A stretch of 37,080 bases of DNA from an uncultured Gemmatimonadaceae bacterium (GCA_963822945.1 CAWGJO010000028.1:1-37080); one strand, 5' to 3'; numbered from the stretch's first letter, positions 11,354 through 22,215 are shown. Translations and numbers: made by a program. Notes: a model not told the origin generated them from the sequence alone.

Positions 11354-11408
11354 TCCCTTAGAGGTTCTGGGGGAACTATGCGGCTTCTCCCTCAGAACGT
11401 CAAGGGAA
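11354..11408 (-). promoter_or_regulatory. sigma70-type promoter of padR-ADOP overlapped by two imperfect palindromes (candidate PadR operators)
   Basis: Minus strand TTGACG (11403-11398), N17, CATAGT (11380-11375). Related 21-bp sites TCCCTTAGAGGTTCTGGGGGA (11354-11374) and TCCCTCAGAACGTCAAGGGAA (11388-11408). Confidence 0.65.
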
Positions 11409-11429
11409 GGCGTCGCGACGCCCGCGGGC

Positions 11430-12881
11430 TCAGGGCATGCGCCAGATATTCAGGATGCCGCTCGTCTGGTGCGAATTCGCGTTGCCCTCCGGCAGCGCGA
11501 TCCGACCGTCGACCACGATCGGGCTGTTCCAGTGCCCGCTGCCGCAGGGGAGCGTGGCCACGGGATTGCCGGTGGTCGCCTCGTACACGTGCAGTCCGCC
11601 GCTCGGATCGTAGGCGAACACGAGTCCGTCCACGACGATCGGGCTCGTGCCTCCCGACCCCGAGTGCCACTGCAACGCGAGTTGCTGCCCCTGCAGCGTC
11701 CACGCCGAGGTGCCGCCGTTGTCGGCGGCAACCAGCCAGGTGGCGCCCGCCGATCGAAACACTGCCGGTGCCGTGAACAGCCGGTTCCCCGACGGCGTGG
11801 GCACGTGCGACGACTCGTTGTCCTGATGCGGCGCGGTGCCCGCCATCCGGCTCCAGTCGAGCACGCGGATGATGGCGTCCTTGCCGCCCTGCGCCACCAG
11901 CCCGCCGCCCAGCAGCACCGGCGACGTGGACCCCAGATCGACGTCGCCGGCGTTCAGCTGCGCGGTGTTGGCCGGCGTGAAATTGCCGAGCATCGCGGTG
12001 GCGTCGGGGTTCAGTTCGATCACCGCGTCGCCCCAGTTGGTGACGCCGTCCCAGAGCGCATTGCCGGTGGCGACGTAGATATTGCCCGTGGTGGAGTCGA
12101 CCACGGCGCCGGCGCGCCCCCAGATGGCGGAGTCGCTCTCCGGGCACGAGGCGGGATCGAGGAGCCCGGCCTGACCGCTGCACAGCGAATTCCAGACGTG
12201 CAGCAGGTTGCCCGTGGCTCCGTCCAGGATCGCGACGTGTCCCTGATAGGGGGGCGCGTCGCCGACGTATCCGCCGGTGGTGGCGATGACGCGTCCGTTG
12301 AAGAAGTTCAGCGCCGACGCGATCTTCTCGCGCGTGGGCAGTCTGGTGATCGACGTGCGCCAGGCCACGTGGCCGTCGGCCACCGCGAGCTTCTGGATGT
12401 AGCCGTCGGGGGAGGCGGCGTAGATGTACGCGCGCCCCGGATCGGCCACCGGCGTGGCGGTGGTGATCTGCGCCGAGCCGGCGAGCTGCGCGTAGCTGGA
12501 CGGCGTGTATTCCCAGAGCACCGTGCCGGCGTCGGCATCGATGGCGATCGTCTTGCCGTAGGTGGTGGTGACGAAGAAGACGTCGTGCGCGGCGCCCGAC
12601 ACCTGCACGCCGTGCAGGTAGATGGCCGACGCGTCCACCGTGCCGTCGAGCGTCACCTGCTGGCGCGTCATCGAAGCGACGTTCGCGGCCGTGACGCCCA
12701 TCGAGACGCCGGGCGCACCGGAAGCCGCGACGTCCCACCCGAAGCGCATCCAGTCGTGCGGCCCGGTGGAATCGACGGGCGGCGGGTTGGTCGCGGTGGA
12801 GTCGACGAGCGACGGGGCGCGCCCGCCCGTGCAGGCGAGCAGCACGGCGCACAACGCACCGAGCCACAGGGGGCGCCGCAT
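11430..12881 (-). CDS. PQQ-binding-like beta-propeller lipoprotein
   Basis: Lipobox MRRPLWLGALCAVLLA-C; DWMRFG.D, AIDADAGTVLWEY, TGNIYVATGN, DVDLGS propeller-type repeats. Alternative start 12914. Confidence 0.75.
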   Translation of the reverse strand: MRRPLWLGALCAVLLACTGGRAPSLVDSTATNPPPVDSTGPHDWMRFGWDVAASGAPGVSMGVTAANVASMTRQQVTLDGTVDASAIYLHGVQVSGAAHDVFFVTTTYGKTIAIDADAGTVLWEYTPSSYAQLAGSAQITTATPVADPGRAYIYAASPDGYIQKLAVADGHVAWRTSITRLPTREKIASALNFFNGRVIATTGGYVGDAPPYQGHVAILDGATGNLLHVWNSLCSGQAGLLDPASCPESDSAIWGRAGAVVDSTTGNIYVATGNALWDGVTNWGDAVIELNPDATAMLGNFTPANTAQLNAGDVDLGSTSPVLLGGGLVAQGGKDAIIRVLDWSRMAGTAPHQDNESSHVPTPSGNRLFTAPAVFRSAGATWLVAADNGGTSAWTLQGQQLALQWHSGSGGTSPIVVDGLVFAYDPSGGLHVYEATTGNPVATLPCGSGHWNSPIVVDGRIALPEGNANSHQTSGILNIWRMP

Positions 12882-13098
12882 GCGTGATGCGCCGCGAACT
12901 GGAATCAACACCATGATCGTCTCCTCCGCGCCGGCGGGTCTCGGATAGCCGCGCCTTCCAAGTTGATCGTTCGTCCGAATGCCGCGAATGTCAATGGCCG
13001 ATGCGCCCTACCCGCGCGGTCGTTACGCATTCCGCCTACAGGCCGTGCACGGTCTCCCGACAGCAGAAGGCCCGCGGATGAGGGATATTCTTCCATAC

Positions 13099-14395
13099 AT
13101 GTCGTCGTTCTCCACGCGGCTCCTGTCCGCTCTCGGATTCGCCTTCGTTGCGACGACCTGTCATCGTGCCGGATCGCCGGAGCTGGCGCCGGTGCGGAGC
13201 CGGGCCGCTGGGGAGAGTGTAGGCGTCACCGCCCGAGGCAGCGCGCCGGCGATGGTCCCCGCGATGAGGGAATCGCGCGCGCCGTCGCTCATGGGCGCCC
13301 TGGCCGCGCGGCGTCCGGACTATGGGGCGCTGGAACAAGCGCTCTCGCGCTACGACGCGCTGGCCGCCGACAGCAACATCCCCGAGTTCGCCACCCCCGC
13401 TCGACTGCCCGTCTTGCCGGGCGAGTCCCTGGAGACGGCGAATGCGCTGCGCGCGCGACTCGCCGCCCTGGGCGATCTCGATAGCACGGCCGCCCACGAC
13501 ACCGTGTCGCGTGTACGACGGCGCGCTCGTGGAGGCGGTGCGGCGTTTCCAGACGCGGCACGGACTCGATCCCGACGGCGTGATCGGGCCCGCCACGCTG
13601 GTACAGCTGCAGACGCCGCTGCGCGAGCGCGTGACGCAGATCGAGAACGCGCTGGCGCGCATCCGGCGCGAGCCCGTGGTGGACAGCGGCCGCTTCATCG
13701 TGGTCAACGTGCCCGCGTTCACGCTGTTCGCCTACGACGGCGGGCCGCGCGACACCGAGCCCGCGCTCGTGATGAAGGTGATCGTGGGGCGCGCCGGCCG
13801 GCTGTCCACGCCTTCATTGAAGGAGGAGGTGCAGTACCTGGACTTCTGGCCCGACTGGAACGTGCCGCGCAGCATCCTGACGCGGGAAATCATTCCCCAG
13901 CTGCGCCGCGACACCACCTACCTGCGCCGGCAGCACATGGAGTTGATGCAGGGACGGGACTCGGTGCTCGGCGATACGGTCACCGCGGCGGTGATCGAAT
14001 GGCTGGAGGCAGGCCGCCTCTGGGTGCGCCAGCGCCGCGGGCCGGGCAATCCGCTGGGCCACGTGAAGTTCGTGATGCCCAACGACAGCAACGTCTATCT
14101 GCACGATACACCGGACAAGGCGCTCTTCACGCGTGCCCGCCGAGACCTGAGCCACGGGTGCATCCGGCTGGAGCGGGCGCGCGACCTGGCCATATGGGCC
14201 ATGCGCGAGCGTCCCGACTGGACCGTGGACAGCGTGGACGTCGCGCTCGCGGGACCCGAATTCCGGCGCGTGGCGCTGTCGCAGCCGATCCCCGTGATCG
14301 TGGAATACGTCACGGTCGTGGCGATGCCGGACGGCACGGTGCGATTCGTGCCCGACATCTACGGGCGGAATGGCGACCCGGCAAACGGATGGTGA
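13099..14395 (+). CDS. L,D-transpeptidase, YcbB/LdtD-like with peptidoglycan-binding domain; frameshift at ~13510
   Basis: N-part ...PDYGALEQALSRY...LRARLAALGD joins VYDGALVEAVRRFQTRHGLDPDGVIGPAT (PG-binding), then VVNVPAFTL, MKVIVG, GNPLGHVKF, YLHDTP and SHGCIRL (catalytic His/Cys). Confidence 0.88.
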
Positions 14396-14424
14396 GCGGA
14401 TTCACCTGTTCCCGCTGACGTGGA

Positions 14425-14453
14425 TTGAATCGGCGCGTCTGGTGTAATAGGGT
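14425..14453 (+). promoter_or_regulatory. Candidate sigma70 promoter for the YkuD_2 gene
   Basis: TTGAAT-N17-TAGGGT, about 40 nt upstream of ATG 14493. Confidence 0.4.
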
Positions 14454-14492
14454 GAGTCATCCCCCAATCACGTCCGAGGTTCCCCCTGACTC

Positions 14493-15190
14493 ATGCGCCG
14501 TTCCGCCTGAGTGCGGCCGTTTTCGCGTTCTCGATCCTGTTGCCACCGTCCACCGCGCGTGCCGGTGGACCGGGGCGGGATCCGACGCCCGTGGCCGTGC
14601 CCGACTCGGCAACGCGCGCGGCGGTCCAGACCGCGGCCAAACAGGCCGGCCTGCGGCCTTCGGTGCTGAAATCGGCGCTGACCGCCTACCGGCGCGCCGT
14701 GACCCAGGGCGCCGCGCGCCGGGCCCTGCTCACCGTGATCGACTACTCGCTGCCCAGCCACGTGAAGCGGCTCTGGGTGCTCGACCTGAAGAAAGGCCGC
14801 GTGCTGGCGCGCGAATTCGTGGCCCACGGTCGCGGCAGCGGTGACGACGTGGCGCGGCATTTCTCCAATCGTGACAACAGCTACGAGTCGAGTCTCGGGA
14901 CCTTCGTCACCGCCAACACCTACGACGGCAGCAACGGGCTGTCGCTCCGGCTGGACGGTCTCGATCCCGGACTCAACGATCACGCCATGGAACGCGGCAT
15001 CGTGATGCACGGCGCGTGGTACGTGAGCCAGGACATGATTCGCCGGGTGGGCAGGCTGGGGCGGAGCGAGGGGTGTCCGGCGTTGAGCGAAGGGGCGGCG
15101 CCGCGCATCATCCACCTCATCGAGGGCGGATCGGTGCTGTTCGCGTACTACCCCGCGCCGGCGCTGCAGCGGACTCTGGGCACGCAGTAG
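14493..15190 (+). CDS. Murein L,D-transpeptidase catalytic-domain protein (YkuD_2 family); probable frameshift in the first codons
   Basis: LTVIDYSLPS..KRLWVLDL, VAHGRGSG, FSN..S..SSLG, IVMHGAWY, LGRSEGCPA. ATG 14493 (GAGG upstream) joins the signal-peptide frame PFRLSAAVFAFSILL if one C is added. Confidence 0.85.
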
Positions 15191-15302
15191 CCGTTCCCGG
15201 CGCATCGGCCGGCCCCGGTGGTCGCGCCGCGCGCGAGCGTTGACGCTGGGCGAGCGCTCGACCATCATGCGGGCGCGCCATGTCAATCAAATCCAACTCT
15301 CC

Positions 15303-16876
15303 GTGCCGCTGACCGGCGCGGGATCCACCGCGGCGGCAACACGCCGATCGTCTCCCGAAGTTCGGGCGGTGATCGCGATCGTGTTACTGGGAGTGGCCGC
15401 CCGGCTGCTCCTCTCGGCCACCATCGGTCTCGGAGTGGACGAGTCGTACGCCGTGGTCGTCGCCCGGCAGTTCAGCTGGTCGTTCTTCGACCACCCGCCG
15501 CTCGCGTTCTGGATGGCCGGCGGACTGGCGCACCTGGCGGGCACCGAGAATCGCGTGCTGCTGCGGCTGCCCTTCATCCTGCTCTTTGCCGGCACCACGT
15601 GGCTGATGTTCCGGCTCACGGCGCGGTTGTACGGCGAACGCGCCGGCATGTTCGCGGCGCTGCTGCTCAACCTGGCGCCCGTGTTCAGCCTGAGCACGGG
15701 GAGCTGGATCCTTCCCGACGGCCCGCTGGACTGCGCGATGGTCGGCGCCGCGCTCGCCCTCACGCACGCGCTGCTGGAGCCGCCGTCGAAAGCACGTGGC
15801 GCTGGTGGCTGCTCGCGGGCGTGGCCAGCGGGCTCGCGCTGCTCTCCAAGTACCACGGGGCATTTCTCCTGCTCGGCACCACCGCGTTCGTGATCACCCG
15901 GCGCGAAGCGCGCGCATGGCTGCGGCGGCCCGAGCCGTACGTGGCCACGCTCATCGCGCTCGCGATCTTCTCGCCCACGCTGTTCTGGAATGCGGCGCAT
16001 GGCTTCGTGTCGTTCCGCTTCCAGGGCGGGCGCGCCATCCCGGAGGGGGGCAACGCCGTCACGGCGCTGCTGCAGAATCTGGGAGGGCAGGCGGGATACC
16101 TGCTGCCGTGGATCTGGGTGCCGCTGGTGTACCAGATGTACCGGGCGGCGCGCATCGGTCCTCGCGATGCGCCGCGCTGGTTGCTGCTCTGCCTCGGCGC
16201 CGGGCCGGTGCTCGTGTTCACGCTCGTCTCACTGAGCGGGAATCCGGGGCTGCCGCACTGGGAGGCGCCCGGCTATCTGCTGCTTCTGCCGCTGGTGGGC
16301 GACGCGGCGGCGCGGTGGGAGGCGCGCGGTGCGCGGCAACGCGCGCGACTGCATCGATGGCTCGTCGCCGCCGGCGTGGTGTTCGTGGCGCTCACCGCCG
16401 TGGCGGCGAGCGAGGTCGCCACGGGGTGGGTGGCGCGGCTCGAGCCGGGTTGGTTTCCGCGCGGCGATCCGTCGCTCGAAGCGTACGACTGGACCGGTCT
16501 GCGGTCGCAGCTCGCGGCGCGGGGCCTGCTCGAGGATCCGGGGCAGGTGATCGCCGCCACGCACTGGATCGACGCGGCGAAGATGGGATACGCCATGGGC
16601 CCCGGCTATCCCGTGCTCTGCCTGAGCAGCGACCCCCGGCACTTCTACTATGCGGATCGTCCGGACCGCTTCCTGGGGCGCGACGCCCTCATCCTGGTGC
16701 GCGTGCCGGTGCGGGGCCTCACGCGCGACATCGTCCACGACTACGCGCCGTACTTCGCGTCCATCCAGCCGGCGGGCACGGTTCCGGTCAACCGCGGCGG
16801 ACGCACCGCGTTCCAGGTGGCCGTGTTCCGCGCCACGCGGATGCTGGCACCCTACCCGTCACCGCTCCCGCCCTGA
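15303..16876 (+). CDS. Glycosyltransferase family 39 / ArnT-PMT-like membrane glycosyltransferase; frameshift at ~15790
   Basis: GVDESY, FDHPPL, LRLPF, ILPDGPL; adding one A in the AAA run continues to WRWWLLAG...LALLSKY...FSP.LFWN. Start uncertain (GTG 15303 or upstream). Confidence 0.85.
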
Positions 16877-16966
16877 TCCGGCGCGGCGTCACGTAGGTTG
16901 CCCGGCGCCTCGACAGCACACTCCAAAGCGGCGAGATTGGGCGCGTCACTTCTTTCCCGCCTCGCC

Positions 16967-19756
16967 ATGTCCCGCGCCCACCGCACGTCCCGCGCCGCGA
17001 GCCTTCTCGCCGCGCTCCCGCTCCTCTCGCTCGCCGTCGCTCCGGCGCTCGCCCAGCAGGTCAAGCCGCCGCCGCGCGCGCCCGGCGCGCCCGCCGCCGT
17101 AGCGAAGGCGCAGTTCGACACCACGCGCCACACGATTCCCTATTTCCCGCTCGGCGCCTCGCCGCTGGCGCTCACCGGCGATGCGCGCCCGGGGATGTTC
17201 GTCTCCGCGGTCGGTCGCCAGGCCATTGCCATGGGCACCGAGAACGGCGACCTCGAACTCTGGTCGTGGCCCATCAAGTGGCTGCACGACTTCCATCTGT
17301 CGTTCCGCGTGCCCAAGTACACGCAGCCCATCCTCGGCCGCGACGTGGCGCAGTCCGTCGAGGAACGCCCCGAAGGCGTGACCATCACCTACGCCTACGA
17401 GCAGTTCACGGTGCGCGAGCACGTCTTCGTTCCGCTCGACAAGCCGGCGGTGGTGATCCTGCTGGAGGTGGACGCCATCCGCCCGCTGGACATCATCGCG
17501 CAGTTCACTCCCGACATTCATTACGCGTGGCCGGCCGGCCTGGGTGGCCAGTACCTGATCTGGGAGCAGAACGCGCGCGCGTTCCTGTTCTCCGAGGGCA
17601 AGCGGCAGATCAATGCCTTCCTCGGCTCGCCCGCGGTGACGCAGGCGTCGGACGTGCCCGCGCACATGCTGGCCGCGGCACCGCCGCAGTTGGTGCTCGG
17701 GGTGGGCAGCGATTCGGATCGCTATACGGCGCCGCGACTCGGCGAACCACCCGGCCACAACGTCAACATCCACGAGGCGTACATCCCCATCGTGCTCGCC
17801 GGCGGCGAGATGCCGCACGACTCGGCGCTCGCCATGTACCGGGAGCTCATCGCGCCGGGGGCCGCCGAACGTGAGTGGAAGCGCGTCGTGGCGCACGAGG
17901 ATTCCATTCGCACCACGATGTTCGCGCTGCATTCGCCCGACGCGATGCTCGACGAAGCGGTGGAGTACGCCAAGGTGAACCTCGATCAGGCGTACGTGTG
18001 CAATCCGGACATGGGATGCGGGCTCGTGGCGGGGTACGGTCTGAGCGGCGCGGCCAGCGACCGGCCGGGGTTCGGCTGGTTCTTCGGCGGCGATGCGTCC
18101 ATCAATTCGTTCGCCATGGACGGCGCGGGGGAGGGGGCGCTCGTACGGCAGGGCGCGCTGAAGTTCTTCGCCAAGTACCAGCGCGCCGACGGGAAGATCA
18201 CGCACGAGATCTCGCAGGGCGCCGGGCACGTGGACTGGTTCGACTATCCGTATCCCTACTACCACGGCGACACCACGCCCTTCTGGGTGCTGGCGTTCGG
18301 TGAGTACTGGCGGCAGACGGCCGATACGGCGCTGGTGAAGGAACTCTGGCCGAACATTCACAAGGCGTACGAGTGGTCCAGGGCCACCGACACCAACGGC
18401 GACGGGCTGATGGAGACGCCCACGGCAGGCGCCGGCGCGCTGGAGGTCGGCGATCTGCAGATCGGGATCCTTTCCGACGTGTACATGAACGGCGTCTGGA
18501 TCGCGTCGCTCGACCGGTTCGCGCAGATGGCGCGCGCGCTGGGGCAGGGGGCGCTGGCCGACAGCGCGCTCGCGATCCGGGCGAAGGCCCTGCACACCAT
18601 GGAGTCCAAGTTCTGGCTGCCGAAGCTCGGGCAGTACGGCTTCGCACTGCTGCAGGACGGGAGCGTGAACGACAACCTCACGGCGTGGGCGGCCACGGCG
18701 ATGGGATTCGACGTATTCGACCAGACGCATGGCGCCGAGATGGCGGCGAAGCTGGCGTCGAGCAACATCATGACCGACTGGGGAGCCCGCCCGCTCTCGG
18801 CCACGAGCCCGCTGTTCGACCCGCTGCACTACAACAACGGCGCCGTCTGGCCCTTCGTCACCGGGTGGGTGTCGCTGGCCGAGTACAACTATCACAATGC
18901 GCCGGCGGGTTGGTTCGCGCTCGACGCCATCGCGCGCACCACCTTCGACAACTCGCTGGGCCACAACCCCGAGGTGATTTCGGGGCGGCTGTACAAGCCA
19001 CTCGACACGGCGGTGCCCCAGCAGTTCTTCGCCACGTCCATGATCCTCACGCCGCTCATTCGCGGGCTGCTGGGCATCACGGTGGATGCGCCGGCGCACC
19101 GGGTGACCATCGCGCCGCATCTGCCGCCGAGCTGGGATTCGGTGTCGGTGGACAACGTGCCGGTGGGCCGGGACGAGCTGTCGTTCACGGTGCGGCGGTC
19201 GGCCGGGGACATCGTACTCGCGGTGCGTCGAACCGGCCCCGATCACGAAGCGCTCGACCTGACCTTCTCGCCGGCGCTTCCGCTCGGCGCGCGCATAACC
19301 ACCGCGGACGCGCGCACCGAGGCGACGCCGGGCGACGTGCACGCGACGGTCGGCACTACCTTCGGCACCTCGGCCACGCTGCGCGTTGCGTACACCGGCG
19401 GTTGGAGCGTCGTGCCGCCGTCGATGCCGGCGGTGATCGGCGAGCGCTCGCACGCGCCCCGGATACTCAGTGAGCGATTGGAGGCGCCGCGGCGCGGCGC
19501 CGCGCCGGGAGGCGCGCGGTACGTCGTGTCGCTCGAAGGACTGGCCGGCCACACGTACGCGTTTCGTATAGGAACGCCGAATCCCATGGCGGCGCGGGAG
19601 CTCGTGGCCGAGGTTGGCGGCGGGGCCGCGATTCGCGCGCGGTCGTGGACGGCAGGCGCCGAGCGCACGGTGGACGTCACCTTCCCGGCGGCCGGGGCCA
19701 ACGCGGACGGGTATACGGCGGCCACCCTGACCGTCCGCGCGCAGGGCAGGCCGTAG
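16967..19756 (+). CDS. Secreted glycoside hydrolase with glycogen-debranching-enzyme-like (alpha/alpha)6 domain
   Basis: Signal peptide ...AVAPALA-QQ; PGFGWFFGGD, YQRADGKITHE, DTTPFW, DTNGDGL, YNNGAVWPF motifs. Confidence 0.75.
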   Translation: MSRAHRTSRAASLLAALPLLSLAVAPALAQQVKPPPRAPGAPAAVAKAQFDTTRHTIPYFPLGASPLALTGDARPGMFVSAVGRQAIAMGTENGDLELWSWPIKWLHDFHLSFRVPKYTQPILGRDVAQSVEERPEGVTITYAYEQFTVREHVFVPLDKPAVVILLEVDAIRPLDIIAQFTPDIHYAWPAGLGGQYLIWEQNARAFLFSEGKRQINAFLGSPAVTQASDVPAHMLAAAPPQLVLGVGSDSDRYTAPRLGEPPGHNVNIHEAYIPIVLAGGEMPHDSALAMYRELIAPGAAEREWKRVVAHEDSIRTTMFALHSPDAMLDEAVEYAKVNLDQAYVCNPDMGCGLVAGYGLSGAASDRPGFGWFFGGDASINSFAMDGAGEGALVRQGALKFFAKYQRADGKITHEISQGAGHVDWFDYPYPYYHGDTTPFWVLAFGEYWRQTADTALVKELWPNIHKAYEWSRATDTNGDGLMETPTAGAGALEVGDLQIGILSDVYMNGVWIASLDRFAQMARALGQGALADSALAIRAKALHTMESKFWLPKLGQYGFALLQDGSVNDNLTAWAATAMGFDVFDQTHGAEMAAKLASSNIMTDWGARPLSATSPLFDPLHYNNGAVWPFVTGWVSLAEYNYHNAPAGWFALDAIARTTFDNSLGHNPEVISGRLYKPLDTAVPQQFFATSMILTPLIRGLLGITVDAPAHRVTIAPHLPPSWDSVSVDNVPVGRDELSFTVRRSAGDIVLAVRRTGPDHEALDLTFSPALPLGARITTADARTEATPGDVHATVGTTFGTSATLRVAYTGGWSVVPPSMPAVIGERSHAPRILSERLEAPRRGAAPGGARYVVSLEGLAGHTYAFRIGTPNPMAARELVAEVGGGAAIRARSWTAGAERTVDVTFPAAGANADGYTAATLTVRAQGRP

Positions 19757-19791
19757 GAAGCACCAGCGGGACGAACCGGAGGACCGGATCA

Positions 19792-22215
19792 ATGTCACTG
19801 ACGGCGTTCCTCGATGGCATCGGGCGCGACCTCCGCGTCGCCGTTCGCGGACTCCAACGGACGCCCACCTTCGTGGTCACGGCCGTGCTCGTGCTCGGGC
19901 TCGGCATCGGCATGGCGGCGGCGATGTTCACCGTCTTCCGGTCGGTGCTGGTGCAGAAGCTGCCGGTGCTCGATCAGGACCGGATCGTGGTGATGTCGGG
20001 GCTGCAGGGTTCCGCGGAACGCGACGTGGGACGCAGCGAGATTCTCCGCTTCGCGCCCGAGACGCGCACACTCTCGGGCATTGCCTCGGTGGCGCACTGG
20101 GGCGCGTACGCCTTCGCGCTGATGGATGCCGACCGGTCGGTGGTGATGAATCAGGCGCAGGTGAGCGGGAACTTCTTCTCGGTGCTCGGCGCGCGCCCGG
20201 CGCTCGGGCGGATGCTGCGTCCCGAGGACGATGTGAAGGGCGCCGCGCCGGTGATGGTGATCAGCTATGCCGCCTGGCGGCGCGAGTTCGGCGGCGATTC
20301 GGCCGTGATCGGACACGATCTGACGACGCCGGTCACCGGGTGGCACTACCGGATCGTCGGTGTGGCGCCGGCCGGGCTCGACTATCCGGCCGGCACGGAT
20401 TACTGGGTGCCCATCGCGCCCCTCGGTACCGAGAGCATCATCTCGGTTGCGCGCCTGGCGCCGGGCGCCACGCTGGCCAGCGCGCGCACGGAATTCCTGA
20501 ACGGCATCCGGAGCCTCGAGCCCGTCTCGCCCATCACGGGGGTGGATGCGCGCACGTTCACGCAGGAAGTGCTCGGCAACGTGCGGCCCGTGCTCGTCGC
20601 CCTCACCGTGGCCGTGGCGATGCTGCTGCTCATCGCGTGCGTGAACGTGGGCAACCTGCTCCTGCTGCGTGCCACCACGCGCGCCCGGGAGCTGGCCGTG
20701 CGGCGCGCGTTGGGAGCCCGCTATTCCGACGTCGTGCGTCAACTGATGGTCGAGAGCGCCCTGCTCGGCGTGGCCGGCGGCGCCGCCGGCCTCCTGTTCG
20801 GCGACGTGCTGCTCAACGCGCTGCTCGCACTGGCGCCGTCGGAACTGCCGCGCATGGACGTCATCAGGCTTGCCGGTGCGCCGGTGTGGGCGGCGTGCGG
20901 CGTGACGTTCGCCGCCGTGCTGCTGTTCGGCGTGGTGCCGGCAATGGCGGCCGCCGCCGGCGACCCCGCGAAGTCGTTGCGCCTGGACGCGCGCTCCGGC
21001 GCGGAGTCGGCCTCGCGCGGCCGGCTTCGGCAGGGGCTGGTGGTGTCGCAGATCGCGCTCGCCGTCGTGATGCTCTCCGGCGCCGGACTGCTGGCGCGCA
21101 CGGTCGGGCGGCTGCAGCGGCTCGATCTCGGCTTCTCGCCCGACCATGTGTCGATTCTCACGCTCACCTTTCCGTTCGCCAACGAGCGGTACAACTCGGA
21201 AGCGAAGATCGAGCAGCTCCTCGGCCGCATCCAGCGTCCGATGCGCGGCGTGCCCGGGGTGGAGGCGATTACCCCCATCCTCCTTCCGCCCTTTCTGGGC
21301 GACAACGTGTGGCTGGCGCAGTTCGACGCCGAGGGGCAGGCGGCGAGCGACACGGCGGCCACGCCGCTCACCGCCGAGGCGGTGGGCGACGAGCAGTACT
21401 TCAAGACGTTCCGCATGCCCATCGTGCGCGGCCGGGGATTCCAAGGGACGGACCGCGCCGGCGCGCCGTTGGAGATCGTCGTGAGCGAGTCGGTGGCCCG
21501 CCGCTTCTGGCCCGGCCAGGACCCGATCGGCAAGCGAATCCGGGCGAGGAGTGGCGACGGCTTCTTCGTGGGCGGCACGAGCTGGCGTACGGTGGTGGGC
21601 GTCGTCGCCGATCCACACTACCGGCGGCTCCGCACCTCCACGCCGATGGTCATCGCGCCGGCCAACCAATGGTACTGGCAGGGTACGATGGCGGTGCGCA
21701 CGCGCGGGCCCGTGGGCGGCGTGGTGCCCGGTCTGGAGCGTGCGATCGCGGCCAGCGACCCCGACGTGCGGATCTGGCGCGCGCAGCCGATGTCCGAGAT
21801 CATCGCGGCCCAGAACGCCCAGGCGACGTTGAGCGCGCTGCTGCTCTCCGCGTTCGGCGCCACGGCACTGGTACTCGCGGCCATCGGGCTGTACGGCGTG
21901 ATGGCCGCCACGGTGCGCGAGCGCACGCGCGAGTTGGGCGTGCGCATGGCGCTCGGCGCCACGCCCGACCGGCTGCGGCGCGAGGTGCTCGGCCGGGCGC
22001 TTCGCGTGGCCGTGGCGGGCGCGGTGATCGGGCTGGCGGGGGCGATCGCCGTGTCGCGCTTCCTGCGAACGCTCCTGTTCGAGGTGAGCCCCACCGATCC
22101 CGTGGCGCTGGCCGGCGCCTGCGGTCTTCTGGCGGCGGTGGCGCTCGCCGCCGCGTACCTGCCCGCGCGACGTGCAACGAGGATCGATCCGGCGCTGGCG
22201 CTCCGCGCGGAGTAG
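19792..22215 (+). CDS. ADOP-family duplicated ABC permease
   Basis: GGAGG RBS; DLRVAVRGL, LGLGIG, LLIACVNVGNLLL, ELGVRMALGA, PARRATRIDPALALRAE. Confidence 0.92.
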   Translation: MSLTAFLDGIGRDLRVAVRGLQRTPTFVVTAVLVLGLGIGMAAAMFTVFRSVLVQKLPVLDQDRIVVMSGLQGSAERDVGRSEILRFAPETRTLSGIASVAHWGAYAFALMDADRSVVMNQAQVSGNFFSVLGARPALGRMLRPEDDVKGAAPVMVISYAAWRREFGGDSAVIGHDLTTPVTGWHYRIVGVAPAGLDYPAGTDYWVPIAPLGTESIISVARLAPGATLASARTEFLNGIRSLEPVSPITGVDARTFTQEVLGNVRPVLVALTVAVAMLLLIACVNVGNLLLLRATTRARELAVRRALGARYSDVVRQLMVESALLGVAGGAAGLLFGDVLLNALLALAPSELPRMDVIRLAGAPVWAACGVTFAAVLLFGVVPAMAAAAGDPAKSLRLDARSGAESASRGRLRQGLVVSQIALAVVMLSGAGLLARTVGRLQRLDLGFSPDHVSILTLTFPFANERYNSEAKIEQLLGRIQRPMRGVPGVEAITPILLPPFLGDNVWLAQFDAEGQAASDTAATPLTAEAVGDEQYFKTFRMPIVRGRGFQGTDRAGAPLEIVVSESVARRFWPGQDPIGKRIRARSGDGFFVGGTSWRTVVGVVADPHYRRLRTSTPMVIAPANQWYWQGTMAVRTRGPVGGVVPGLERAIAASDPDVRIWRAQPMSEIIAAQNAQATLSALLLSAFGATALVLAAIGLYGVMAATVRERTRELGVRMALGATPDRLRREVLGRALRVAVAGAVIGLAGAIAVSRFLRTLLFEVSPTDPVALAGACGLLAAVALAAAYLPARRATRIDPALALRAE

